Shown here: piece after piece, positions 8,475 through 18,223 of the stretch
How positions within the stretch are numbered: position 1 is the first letter of the stretch
Layout of the letters: every line of letters begins with the position of its first letter
NCBI GenBank assembly: GCA_031415375.1
Contig: JANORP010000206.1
Location: forward strand, 8,166-72,165
DNA length: 64,000 nucleotides
Direction: 5' to 3'
Origin: Bacteroidota bacterium
GTDB taxonomy: Bacteria; Bacteroidota; Bacteroidia; J057; JADKCL01
Position numbers and translations under genes: made by a program
The notes under the pieces: generated by a model
The model's database searches: none
Told to the model about the DNA's origin: nothing
The model's input: only the letters and a program-made list of their open reading frames with translations

Positions 8475-10040
8475 CTATTTCTTGGGCACCATCTCGATGA
8501 GCGGCACGATCATCTCATGCATAGAGATGCCGCCATGCTGGAAGGTGTCCTTGAAAAACTTTACATAGTAGTTGTAATTGTTGGGGTAGGCGAAGAAGTA
8601 GTCTTCGCTCGCAAACACGTAGGTGGAGCTCATGTTCATCTTAGGAAGCTTGGCCTCCTCGGGCTTGCGGATCGTGAAAAGAAACTTCTCATCCTCATAG
8701 CTCAGGTTGCGGCCCTGCTTGTAGCGCAGGTTGGTGGTCGTCTCGCGGTCACCGACGATACGCACGGGGCGATTCACATAAACGGTGCCGTGATCACTGG
8801 TAATCACGACCTTGACTTTGTGCTGCGAGAGTTTTTTCAACAATTCCAGGAGCGGTGAGTGCTCAAACCAGCTGCGCGACACCGCACGGTAGGCCGCAGG
8901 CGTGGGTGCCAACTCACGGATGATGTTGACCTCGGTGCGCGAATGCGAGAGCATGTCGATGAAGTTGTACACGATCGCATTAAAATCGTTCTTCAGCAGG
9001 TTTTTGTAGTTTTCATTGAGCGAAAAGCCCTCATCGTTGGTGAGGATCTTATGGTAGGAAGATTTGGCATTGATGCGGCGGCGAGAGAGGTGCTCGCGCA
9101 TGAGGTCTTCCTCGTGCAGGTTCTTGCCACCTTCCTCATTGTCATTTTTCCAATACTTGGGGTATTTGCTGGCGATTTCCGAAGGATACAAGCCTGCAAA
9201 AATTGCATTGCGGCAATATTGGGTCGCGGTTGGCAAGATGCTGTAGTAATGCCGCTCACTCTCGATATGGTAATAGTCGCTGATGAGCGGCTCCAATTCC
9301 TTCCATTGGTCTTGGCGCATGCAGTCCACGAGGATGAAAAACACGCTTTCATAGTTGGGGCCAATGTCTTTGAAGGCCGTCTGTGCCAAGACGTCGGGAC
9401 TCAAGATCGGGCGGTCGTCGAGGTCTTCCGTATTCACCCAGTCGAGGTAATTTTCCTGCACCATGCGACTGAAGTTGAGGTTGGCCTCGATGATCTGGGT
9501 CTTGAGCACCTCGAGCATGCTCTGGTCTTCATTTTCCTCGATCTGCTTTTCCCAGTGCGTGAGCTTTTTGTAGATGTCGATCCAGTCCTTGTAATCGTTG
9601 CGTTCATAGAACTGCATGCCGATCTTTCTGAAGTCCTGTTGGTAACCCGTGTTCACCTTTTGGTTCACGAGCTGTTTGTTTTGCAGGATCTTCTTGCAGG
9701 CGAGCAGAATCTGGCTGGGATTGACCGGCTTGATCAGGTAATCGCTGATCTTGGAGCCGATGGCGTCTTCCATGATATGCTCTTCCTCGCTTTTGGTGAT
9801 CATGACCACGGGCAGGTGCGGATGCAGGCCCTTGATCTCGGAGAGCACTTCCAAGCCAGTCATGCCAGGCATGTTTTCGTCGAGAAAGACGATGTCAAAT
9901 GCCTCGGATTTTACCAAGTCCAATGCGTCATAGCCGTTGCTCACGGTTGAGACTTGGAAGCCTTTCAGCTCCAAAAACTTCACATGGGGTTTGAGGAGTT
10001 CGATCTCATCATCTACCCAGAGGATTTTAGCGTTTTCCAT
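8475..10040 (-). CDS. porX: PorX-like response regulator with a PglZ/alkaline-phosphatase-superfamily domain
   Basis: A receiver domain (KILWVDDEIELLKPH, FLDENMPGMTG, ITKSEE) is fused to a PglZ-type domain (FILVDCMRQDQW, VVITSDHGT). I chose the start at MENAKILWVDD (ATG 10040); the ORF is open to 10088. Confidence 0.85.
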   Translation of the reverse strand: MENAKILWVDDEIELLKPHVKFLELKGFQVSTVSNGYDALDLVKSEAFDIVFLDENMPGMTGLEVLSEIKGLHPHLPVVMITKSEEEHIMEDAIGSKISDYLIKPVNPSQILLACKKILQNKQLVNQKVNTGYQQDFRKIGMQFYERNDYKDWIDIYKKLTHWEKQIEENEDQSMLEVLKTQIIEANLNFSRMVQENYLDWVNTEDLDDRPILSPDVLAQTAFKDIGPNYESVFFILVDCMRQDQWKELEPLISDYYHIESERHYYSILPTATQYCRNAIFAGLYPSEIASKYPKYWKNDNEEGGKNLHEEDLMREHLSRRRINAKSSYHKILTNDEGFSLNENYKNLLKNDFNAIVYNFIDMLSHSRTEVNIIRELAPTPAAYRAVSRSWFEHSPLLELLKKLSQHKVKVVITSDHGTVYVNRPVRIVGDRETTTNLRYKQGRNLSYEDEKFLFTIRKPEEAKLPKMNMSSTYVFASEDYFFAYPNNYNYYVKFFKDTFQHGGISMHEMIVPLIEMVPKK

Positions 10041-10187
10041 AAGTGTTTTTACCTCGGTGCGGGTTCGCAGCAGGGCGAAAGTACGCAATTGATTGAAAAA
10101 ATGACTTTAGGTAAAAACAGGGACGATAGGCAACGTTTAAGGTGAACCGTGGTAGATACGCGAATCTAGGAAAATAGTTGGATGAGT

Positions 10188-10403
10188 TCACACATTCACC
10201 AAGCCATCGGTATCCTCCAACTGAAATAGCTGATCGACGGTCGTGCCAAATGCAAGCGCCATTTTCAAAGCAAGTACGGTGGAAGGGACAAATTTGCCCG
10301 TTTCTACGGCATTCACGGCCTGTCGCGAGACGCCCAGGCGCTGTGCAAGATCGGCTTGGGTCCAATTTTTCTTGGCCCTTTCTACTTTGATGGTGTTTTT
10401 CAT
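10188..10403 (-). CDS. XRE-family helix-turn-helix transcriptional regulator
   Basis: MKNTIKVERAKKNWTQADLAQRLGVSRQAVNAVETGKFVPS is a canonical Cro/C1-type HTH. The start lies 1 nt after the stop of the upstream membrane protein gene. Confidence 0.8.
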   Translation of the reverse strand: MKNTIKVERAKKNWTQADLAQRLGVSRQAVNAVETGKFVPSTVLALKMALAFGTTVDQLFQLEDTDGLVNV

Positions 10404-10404
10404 C

Positions 10405-10797
10405 TCAGGCGTATTTTTTGCGTGCCCAGAGCAGACCGCCTGCATAAGAAAGGAAAAAGAAGGCCACCAATTCCTGCAGGTTCCAGTTGTCGTTGTCCAA
10501 CGGCAGGACCATCTCCAGGATGCCCAAGACCATCGTGATCAAAACCGAGAGGCAAAAGGCAATGGCCATGGCCTCCAGCTGTATGCTACGCTGTACCTCG
10601 TCAAGATGCGCGAGCTCTCGAATGAAGTTGTAGAGAAACCAGGCAAATCCCAGTGATAGTATGCCAGTGAAGATGATCCCGATCCCCATCGGCGGTTCAA
10701 ATTTTTTGACGATGAACATGAAGAGCATGTAGCTCAAGGCCCAGACGATGGCACTGACCAAGGTCCTTTTCCGATTGTTTTTCAATGTGTTTTCCAT
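10405..10797 (-). CDS. small integral membrane protein paired with the XRE regulator
   Basis: A 130-aa protein with about four hydrophobic helices, lying immediately upstream of and co-directional with the HTH gene. Confidence 0.6.
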   Translation of the reverse strand: MENTLKNNRKRTLVSAIVWALSYMLFMFIVKKFEPPMGIGIIFTGILSLGFAWFLYNFIRELAHLDEVQRSIQLEAMAIAFCLSVLITMVLGILEMVLPLDNDNWNLQELVAFFFLSYAGGLLWARKKYA

Positions 10798-10926
10798 ATC
10801 GACTACAATTAAGATTCATCGCAAAGATAGGCATACATTTCATAAAGTCAATCAAACATTACATTTTGTTATGCAAGCATGTCTATTTATTTTTGAATTC
10901 CCATTCACCTGCTCGCATTCAAATAC

Positions 10927-10934
10927 TATCTTTG
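10927..10934 (+). promoter_or_regulatory. candidate Bacteroidota -7 promoter element (TAnnTTTG)
   Basis: TATCTTTG is an exact match to TAnnTTTG and lies 20 nt upstream of the GTG start at 10954. I saw no convincing -33 TTTG at the expected spacing. Confidence 0.3.
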
Positions 10935-10953
10935 CCCTGATGGAAATTGCCCT

Positions 10954-12174
10954 GTGAATCAAAATAAGATCATCAACGACCCAGTACACGGGTTCATCGA
11001 GATCCCGCGCGGGATCATCCTCGACCTGATCGACACCGACGTCTTTCAGCGGTTGCGGCGCATCAAGCAACTGGCACTGAGCTCGTTGGTGTATCCTGGC
11101 GCGGTGCACAGCCGGTTCAATCACTGCATCGGTGCGATGCACCTCACAGGGCAGGCGCTCGATGTGTTGCGCTCCAAAGATTGCAAAATCAGTCCCGAGG
11201 AATATGAGGCGACCTTGATTGCCATTTTGCTGCATGACATCGGCCATGGCCCCTTTAGCCACGCGCTAGAGAGCGTGATCTTGCAGGGCCTGCACCATGA
11301 GCGCATGAGCAAGGCGCTCATGCAGCACCTGAATGTGCAGTTTGGTGGCCGCCTGGACCTCGCAATTCAGATATTTGAGGGCACATATCGCCGCAAATTT
11401 TTGCACCAACTCGTATCGAGCCAACTCGACATGGACCGACTCGATTACCTCAAGCGCGACAGCTATTTCACAGGCGTGGTCGAGGGCTTGGTGAGTGCGA
11501 GCCGCATCATCAAGACCTTGAATGTCGTGGACGACCGCCTCGTCGTCGAGATCAAAGGCATCTACTCGGTAGAGAAATTCATCGTCGCCCGGCGGCTCAT
11601 GTATTGGCAGGTCTATTTGCACCGGGCTGTCTTGGCGGCTGAATACATGATCGTCAAGATCCTCATGCGTGCCAAGGAGCTCATGTATGGGCACAACAAG
11701 CTTTGGAAGACCGAGGCGCTGGAATTTCTTTTCGGCCAAAATACCTTGCTCGAACCCAATATCACCCCCGAGGTGATCGCCCGCTACATCGAGCTCGACG
11801 ACAACGATATCATGGTCGCGGTCAAGCAGTGGCGCCGCTCGGGCGACAAGGTGCTGGAAATGCTCTGCAACAATCTCTTGCAGCGCAAACTGCTCAAGGC
11901 ACGCCTCCAAGACACGCCTTTTACAGAGGCCCACGTCGCAGAGTTGCGCACAGATGCACGCCGCCGACTCGGCCTCACGGATCAAGAGGTGAAATACCTC
12001 GTTTTCACAGGCGACATCAGCAATATGGCCTACACGCCAGGGCCACAGGAGCCGATTGAGATCGTGCACAAAGATGGCACCATCGAAAATATCAGCACCG
12101 CATCAGACATGCACAACATCATGGCGCTTTCCAATCCAGTCAAGAAGCACTTTATTTGTTATCCAACATGGTAG
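10954..12174 (+). CDS. HD domain phosphohydrolase (dGTPase/SAMHD1-like)
   Basis: It has the N-terminus NDPVHGFIEI and the metal-binding motif LLHDIGHGPFSH. The protein is 406 aa with a GTG start. Confidence 0.85.
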   Translation: MNQNKIINDPVHGFIEIPRGIILDLIDTDVFQRLRRIKQLALSSLVYPGAVHSRFNHCIGAMHLTGQALDVLRSKDCKISPEEYEATLIAILLHDIGHGPFSHALESVILQGLHHERMSKALMQHLNVQFGGRLDLAIQIFEGTYRRKFLHQLVSSQLDMDRLDYLKRDSYFTGVVEGLVSASRIIKTLNVVDDRLVVEIKGIYSVEKFIVARRLMYWQVYLHRAVLAAEYMIVKILMRAKELMYGHNKLWKTEALEFLFGQNTLLEPNITPEVIARYIELDDNDIMVAVKQWRRSGDKVLEMLCNNLLQRKLLKARLQDTPFTEAHVAELRTDARRRLGLTDQEVKYLVFTGDISNMAYTPGPQEPIEIVHKDGTIENISTASDMHNIMALSNPVKKHFICYPTW

Positions 12175-12360
12175 TCAGCGTGATTACTCCATGATGTTGC
12201 ATGCAAGAGCCCCAAGGCTGCCTGCAATGGAATTGTCTTTCTACCGCCACGACGATAGCGATGATGCGGATTTCCCAAAATAGTCCTATACTTCGCTACA
12301 AATTGGAGTACCCTCCGATAAGATTTTCTGTCAATTGTCATTTGCAAATCGCGTTTCGCC

Positions 12361-14187
12361 GTGTCGGTACATTGGAGTCGCCTTGTTTTATTGTTGCAGC
12401 TAGCTCTGTGGTGTACCTTGGGCGTGGTGCTCGTGCGCACAGCGTGGGTGTGTGACGATGCCTATATCACGATGCGTTGCGTGGACAATGCCACCAATGG
12501 ATATGGACTGACTTACAATGTAATCGAGCGGGTACAAGCCTTTACGCACCCACTGTGGGCACTGCTGATCCTACCCTTCCACGCGATATTCAAGAGTGCT
12601 TTTTGGGAAATGATCTCACTGGGCATGGGATTTTCCATCGCTGCACTGGTGATCATGGGCCGCAGCATCGCTTCCAAATGGGCGTGGATTGCCTTGCCGA
12701 TCATCGCCATCGCTTCCAAGGCATTTATCGAGTATGCGACATCGGGCTTGGAAAACGGACTGAGCTATTTGTTGCTGGCCCTTTTTGTGGTGCAGTGGTG
12801 GCGGTGCCAAATGGAACGGGGACAGCTCTTGCATCTGTCACTCATCACAGCATTGATATTGCTCAACCGGCTAGACCTCTTGATGCTGGTCGGGCCTGCC
12901 TTTGCGCTGGCCTGCTGGCGCGCGCGGTCCTGGCATAACCTCGGGCAAGTGGTCCTCGGCTTCCTCCCATTTGTATTGTGGGAAATTTTTGCGGTCATCT
13001 ACTACGGTTTCCCATTCCCCAACACAGCCTATGCCAAGTTGGGAACTATGATACCGCAGCATCAGCTGCTGAAAATGGGCTGGGGTTATTTTGCGGATTC
13101 GATGACCCGAGACTGGGTCACGCTCCCTGTGATCGCACTTGGGCTTGCCGTGGGTTTCCTGCGCCACCGACAATGGCCACTTGCAATCGGGATCGCACTC
13201 TACCTCCTCTACGTGCTGCGCATCGGGGGAGATTTCATGAGCGGGCGCTTTTTTGCCGCGCCGTTTGTCGTGGCATTGCTGCTGCTGGGTAGCGCACTGG
13301 AGCAAGACTGGCGACGCTGGGCTCTGGTGGCGATTCCTGCTTGCTTGCTCGGACTCTTGGCGCCCACCCCCATGCTCCTGAGTGGCAGCGACTATCATGT
13401 CTCAGATGAGCTCATTCTCAGCCCCACCCATGTCGCCGATGAGCGCGCATTCTTCTACAGTGGCACGGGCTTGCTGCATGCGTTTGAGGGGCGCAAAATG
13501 CCAGATCATGATTGGGCCAAAGAAGGTTTCCGCATGGGCAATGGTGGTGCGAAAGTAATGGTGCGGAAGGTGATCGGCATGACAGGGTATTTTGCAGGCC
13601 CATCCGTCCATTTTGTAGATCCTTTTGCGCTATCAGATCCGCTCATGGCTAGGATGCCATCGATCTACCGCGTTGAGCCACGGGCAGGCCATTTTTTTCG
13701 CCGCGTCCCTGCTGGATATTTGGAAAGCGTCGATGCTCCTGTCAACAAAGTGAGCGACCCCATTTTGAGGAAACTATACGACGAGTTGCGCATCATCACC
13801 CGAGGCCCACTTTTTACAGTGGAGCGGTGGCGCGCGATCTGGACGGCCAATACGCGCAATTCCAAGATGGACGATCTGCGCTACCTGCGCGTGCCAGCCG
13901 ACACGACGGTACAGCTAGGCACCCATGAGCCGCTAGACATTCGGATTGCTGAGGGCAGTGCATGGCGGCTGTTGCTGCCGCCTGCAGCGCGCGAGATCAG
14001 GTTCAGACTCTCAACCCAAGTAGGCTGCGAACTCATTTGGATGAAGGGCGATGAACCTATGGAAGGGATCATCATCAATTGGCAAGACGCACAAAAGTAC
14101 AATGTCCCCAAAGGTGCAACAGCGATCGCACTGCTGCGCGAAGGTGGGATTTATTACGCCCAGCTTGTGCAATTCATGGTCGATTGA
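12361..14187 (+). CDS. large polytopic membrane protein, GT-C-like glycosyltransferase (arabinofuranosyltransferase-like)
   Basis: A 608-aa protein with many hydrophobic helices followed by a ~200-aa soluble C-terminal domain. The first-loop motif WVCDDAYIT has an acidic DD pair as in GT-C enzymes. GTG start. Confidence 0.55.
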   Translation: MSVHWSRLVLLLQLALWCTLGVVLVRTAWVCDDAYITMRCVDNATNGYGLTYNVIERVQAFTHPLWALLILPFHAIFKSAFWEMISLGMGFSIAALVIMGRSIASKWAWIALPIIAIASKAFIEYATSGLENGLSYLLLALFVVQWWRCQMERGQLLHLSLITALILLNRLDLLMLVGPAFALACWRARSWHNLGQVVLGFLPFVLWEIFAVIYYGFPFPNTAYAKLGTMIPQHQLLKMGWGYFADSMTRDWVTLPVIALGLAVGFLRHRQWPLAIGIALYLLYVLRIGGDFMSGRFFAAPFVVALLLLGSALEQDWRRWALVAIPACLLGLLAPTPMLLSGSDYHVSDELILSPTHVADERAFFYSGTGLLHAFEGRKMPDHDWAKEGFRMGNGGAKVMVRKVIGMTGYFAGPSVHFVDPFALSDPLMARMPSIYRVEPRAGHFFRRVPAGYLESVDAPVNKVSDPILRKLYDELRIITRGPLFTVERWRAIWTANTRNSKMDDLRYLRVPADTTVQLGTHEPLDIRIAEGSAWRLLLPPAAREIRFRLSTQVGCELIWMKGDEPMEGIIINWQDAQKYNVPKGATAIALLREGGIYYAQLVQFMVD

Positions 14188-14356
14188 ATCTGCGAAAAGG
14201 AAGGCGCTACCTGCTTTTTTGGCCGCCTCTTTTCTTGGGGCAGGCACGCGATTGATACCACAGAATGCCGTGCGTCACAGGATTCGAGTCGGCTGGTTTC
14301 GCTCCGCTGCCCAACAGGCTCCAAAGAAAATTCGCTGCTTGGATAAATGCTAACGC

Positions 14357-16438
14357 TTGAAGGTGCATATTTGGTGCGGAATACGATTTAGATTGGTCAA
14401 GTTGTTCTCAATGCATATCTGGTGCCTCGTCGTGCGTAAGGTCCAACGGAGTCATTTGAAGGGTTCGCTCACCTTCGTATGGGCTTGTTGCATGGCTGCT
14501 ACGATGTCTGCTAGCAATATCGACAGCCTGCGGCAGGCAGCAAAGGCGCTACCCAATGATACTACCTCTGTGATCACTTTCTTGAAGTGGAGTCAAACGA
14601 TGCGCGGGGAGAATATCGAGGTAGCCGAAGAGTTTGCATTGGACGGATTCAGAATGGCCCAATCACTGGATTCCGACAAATTCATGGGAGAGACCAAGTG
14701 CTCCGTCGGGGTCATCTACAGCATTCGCAACGACTATGATGCTGCTCTCAAAAATTATCTTGAAGCTGAGAAACATTTCAGGGCTGCCGAATTTGAGGCG
14801 GGGATCGCCAAATGCCACCTCAACATGGGGGCCGTCTATCTGGCGCGTTACAATTATGACATTGCCAAGAAGCATCTTCTGGAGGCCAAGGAAATCGCCG
14901 ATCGTTTGGGCTTGGAGAAATACAAAATCAACATCAATACCAACCTCGCCATCGTCCTCACGGAAGAAAAACACTTTGAGGAAGCCCTCGCCTTGCACCT
15001 AGCCAACTTGGTCATCCACAAGCAAGGCGACAACCTGTCCCAACTCTCCAATACCTATACCAATATTGGTTATATCTATGAAGTGCAAGATCGCCATGGC
15101 GAGGCCTATGAATACTTCAAGCTCGGCTATGACAAGGCCATGGAGGCCCCAGATGGCAAGTATTATGAGGGCGGTTACGCCTTGCAAAACATGGTCACAG
15201 CATTGACCAAGATGGGAAGGTTGCGTGAAGCACAAGTAGATCTAGAGAAACTCTGGCCGATCGCCCGCCAATCGGGGTCCACGTTGCTCATCGCCGACAC
15301 ATACCGTGCATCGTCTGAATTGTACAAGGGCTTGGGAAATTACAAGCATGCCCTTGAGGATTTTGAGCGGTACCGCGTCATCAAGGATTCACTTGTGAAC
15401 GAGGACCAAAATGCCAAGATGGCAACGATGCAAAAAGAGTACGACATCTTGAAGCGAGACGCGACCATCGCGCGCATCGAGCAGGAGTCGGCCATCATCA
15501 AGGCGGCACAAATACGCCAGCAAAAAGACAACAATCGACAGTTTTTATTTCTCATCGTCCTCGCCCTGCTGGGAGCTGCCTTGCTCATCGCCGTCGTGAT
15601 CATGGTCTTTGTGGCCATCAGCCGCAAGCGAGCATTGGGTCGGTTGCGCGGCAACCAAAAGCTCATCGAGGATCAAAACCGTGAGATCGAGTTGCAAAAC
15701 CTTGCTCTCAAGCTTCAAAACGAGCGCCTCGAAGACCTCAACCGTGAAAAGGACGGCCTGGTGGGCATCGTCGCCCACGACCTGAAATCGCCCATGAACA
15801 AGGCGCTTGCGCTGTCTGAGTTGCTTAAGCTTCAAGGCGAGTTGAACGAGGATCAACAGCGGTCGGTCGAAATGATGGGCAAGGTCGCAAGTGCCGGCAA
15901 TGACTTGATCCGTGACCTGCTCGATCTCAACGCCATTGAGCATCCAGATGCAGATCTCAGGCCGGAGCATGTCGATGTAGCTCTGTTGCTGCATGAGCTG
16001 GAAATGGGATTTGAAGGGGAAGCGCAACGTAAGTCCATCACGATGAACGTCGTGGTCGCGCGCGATCTCCCAACCGTGGTCTGCGACCGCAAGGCCCTCG
16101 TAAGGGTGCTGGACAATATTCTCTCGAATGCATTTAAATTTTCACCCAAGCAGCGCTCGATACAAGTGCAAGTCTCGGGTGAGGACAAAGACACCATCCG
16201 CCTTCAAATCACCGACGAGGGACCTGGAATCAGTGTAGCTGACCAAGAAAAGATGTTCAAGAAATTTCAGCGGCTCAGCGCCCGCCCTACAGGCGGTGAA
16301 AACTCGACCGGTCTGGGCCTCGCGATCACGCAAGCCTTGGTGCAAAAACTAGACGGTGAAATATGGCTGGAAAGCACTTTGGGTAAGGGCACGACATTCT
16401 TCGTGCGCATACCGATCGCCCCGCCGATGCCGCTTTGA
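14357..16438 (+). CDS. TPR-repeat sensor histidine kinase (no adjacent response regulator)
   Basis: It has N-terminal TPR-like repeats, a TM helix (LFLIVLALLGAALLIAVVIMVFVAI), a coiled coil and the H-box GIVAHDLKSPMN. ATPase motifs are DNILSNAFKF, ITDEGPGIS and STGLGLAI. The start is uncertain; 14411 is an alternative. Confidence 0.85.
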   Translation: MKVHIWCGIRFRLVKLFSMHIWCLVVRKVQRSHLKGSLTFVWACCMAATMSASNIDSLRQAAKALPNDTTSVITFLKWSQTMRGENIEVAEEFALDGFRMAQSLDSDKFMGETKCSVGVIYSIRNDYDAALKNYLEAEKHFRAAEFEAGIAKCHLNMGAVYLARYNYDIAKKHLLEAKEIADRLGLEKYKININTNLAIVLTEEKHFEEALALHLANLVIHKQGDNLSQLSNTYTNIGYIYEVQDRHGEAYEYFKLGYDKAMEAPDGKYYEGGYALQNMVTALTKMGRLREAQVDLEKLWPIARQSGSTLLIADTYRASSELYKGLGNYKHALEDFERYRVIKDSLVNEDQNAKMATMQKEYDILKRDATIARIEQESAIIKAAQIRQQKDNNRQFLFLIVLALLGAALLIAVVIMVFVAISRKRALGRLRGNQKLIEDQNREIELQNLALKLQNERLEDLNREKDGLVGIVAHDLKSPMNKALALSELLKLQGELNEDQQRSVEMMGKVASAGNDLIRDLLDLNAIEHPDADLRPEHVDVALLLHELEMGFEGEAQRKSITMNVVVARDLPTVVCDRKALVRVLDNILSNAFKFSPKQRSIQVQVSGEDKDTIRLQITDEGPGISVADQEKMFKKFQRLSARPTGGENSTGLGLAITQALVQKLDGEIWLESTLGKGTTFFVRIPIAPPMPL

Positions 16439-16470
16439 GACAAGGCTCCACCTCACAAAAAGGCCAAGAC

Positions 16471-17085
16471 CTAGAGAAATTTGCGATAGAATGACCGCGA
16501 TGCCAAGGCAAACATCTCACGGTCGCCCTTGGAGTCCCCGTAGGCATAGATACGCCCAAACTGATCGAGGTCCATCGCCGCTCTGATGCGCTTGGCTTTT
16601 TCAGGGCCATTGTTATTGGGAGTGGCAAATTCGCCCATGAAAGTGCCATCGGTATAGGCGATCTGTGTACACAGGCCGTTCAGGTTTTGGGTCGCTAGCC
16701 AGGGTTCGACCCAGAGATCAAGGGAAGCGGTCACGACATAGACTACATGCCCCTTGGAGCGGTGGAAAGCCAATTTTTCCAACCCTTCATCGCTGAAGAG
16801 CGTAGGGAGCATCGTGGCACAGAATCGTGCGCCCTTCAGCTCCAACTCATCTTTGGTCATCCCTTTGAAATGCTGCAAAAGAAGGGTCTTTTTTGCCTTT
16901 TCGGCATCGTACAAACCTAGTTTGGTCAAGATCAATATTGGACTGAGCAAGAGCAGACTTTGGAACAACCGGCGCTTGCCGACGGCAAAAGAGATAAAGG
17001 CAAGCATCGTGTCATGCCTTGTAAGCGTCCCGTCAAAGTCAAACAATGCCAGCTTGTTACGTTCAGTGATTCGATTTTCTTCCAT
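16471..17085 (-). CDS. HAD-IB family hydrolase/phosphatase
   Basis: HAD motif I is LFDFDGTLT, motif II is VVTAS and motif IV is YGDSKGD. The protein is 204 aa. Its 5' end overlaps the 3' end of the upstream membrane protein gene by 23 nt. Confidence 0.75.
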   Translation of the reverse strand: MEENRITERNKLALFDFDGTLTRHDTMLAFISFAVGKRRLFQSLLLLSPILILTKLGLYDAEKAKKTLLLQHFKGMTKDELELKGARFCATMLPTLFSDEGLEKLAFHRSKGHVVYVVTASLDLWVEPWLATQNLNGLCTQIAYTDGTFMGEFATPNNNGPEKAKRIRAAMDLDQFGRIYAYGDSKGDREMFALASRSFYRKFL

Positions 17086-17983
17086 GCGCGATCAGCAGCA
17101 ATAAAGGCAAGAAGGGTAAATAGAGGCGGTATTCATTGAGCCGACCGATGACCAAGACCAATAGGCCATACCCCACCACCAGCAAATAAAAGTAAACATT
17201 TTTCCGAAATGTGCCTTTTATAAACGCGGAAATCGGCTTCCAAAAGACCAGAATCGTCGCCGCCAGCAGATAGGTGGCTGGATGTCGGCTCACATAATAA
17301 AGGTTGAGGTTGTCCCACAGCATGAACACGCTGGAATAATACCGGGCCTCTGGAAAAATCCATTCCTGCAAAACCACCTGGACGATGATCGGGATGGGAA
17401 TGAAAAGCGCATAGCTGCGCTTGCGGTAAAATGTGCCAAACAAGGCATAGATCAGCGCGATGTCGGTACGTGAAAAGCTGATCAGCACGATGCTCACACC
17501 ATACAAAAGCATACGTAGGCTGGCATCCCGCAAATCTCGCAACAGCAGGGCACTCACCATGCACAACACGAGTAAACCCATCGTATCGGGTCGCCAGCCG
17601 GTGTATTGCAGGAAAATATACAGAATCGCCAACCCAAAGCCCATTCCCCAACGCAGGCGCTCCTCCAGACCTCGACTCAGCCGCCACAGCAACTCCAACG
17701 CAGCCATTCCAAAGACCATATTGTAGAGCAATACAGCCGTGTTGAAAGGCATCCACGCGCAGAGATACTTGAGCGGGAGCAGCGGGAGAATGCGGTATTG
17801 GTCAGGCGCATCACCATGGAACTGGAAAATGCGCGCATAAAAGCCATGCTCCAGCTCAAAGTCGAGGTCGAGCACAAAAAACTTATTGGCGGCATTGGCG
17901 ATGAAAATCGCCAGCAGGGCATGGCCGAGCAGACGGATGCCGATCTGTATTTTGTCCCTCGTACCAGCGTGCGTGTCGCCCAT
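17063..17983 (-). CDS. polytopic membrane protein of unknown function (possible GT-C-like)
   Basis: It has about 9 hydrophobic helices. I chose the start at MGDTHAGTRDK (ATG 17983) because the 39 codons upstream (to 18100) do not look protein-like. Confidence 0.5.
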   Translation of the reverse strand: MGDTHAGTRDKIQIGIRLLGHALLAIFIANAANKFFVLDLDFELEHGFYARIFQFHGDAPDQYRILPLLPLKYLCAWMPFNTAVLLYNMVFGMAALELLWRLSRGLEERLRWGMGFGLAILYIFLQYTGWRPDTMGLLVLCMVSALLLRDLRDASLRMLLYGVSIVLISFSRTDIALIYALFGTFYRKRSYALFIPIPIIVQVVLQEWIFPEARYYSSVFMLWDNLNLYYVSRHPATYLLAATILVFWKPISAFIKGTFRKNVYFYLLVVGYGLLVLVIGRLNEYRLYLPFLPLLLLIAHGRKSNH

Positions 17984-18223
17984 TGGCACAAGAAAAGAAA
18001 ATTTGGCCAGACAAGGAAACGTGACCTCCCATCGCAGCCCAAAACGGCCAGCCAAGGCTCTTGAATATTCTGCGCAGCAGCCATCGGAATCGGCCTCCAC
18101 CGATAAAATCCTGAAACTCGCAAAAATCCTGCCCTAATTTTTGCATATAATCACCCTCCAATATTCACTAGATTTACACTCGAATCGAATCCCTGAAGAG
18201 GGGATAGCACGGATAACTCAAAA

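Noticed and set aside
8859-9950. A 363-aa plus-strand ORF
   Set aside because: It lies entirely antisense to the well-supported PorX-like gene. The translation is Val/Leu/His/Asp-rich with no motifs, as expected for a stop-poor antisense frame in GC-biased coding DNA.
11266-12069. A 267-aa minus-strand ORF
   Set aside because: It is antisense to the HD-domain gene, which carries the diagnostic HDIGHGPFSH motif.
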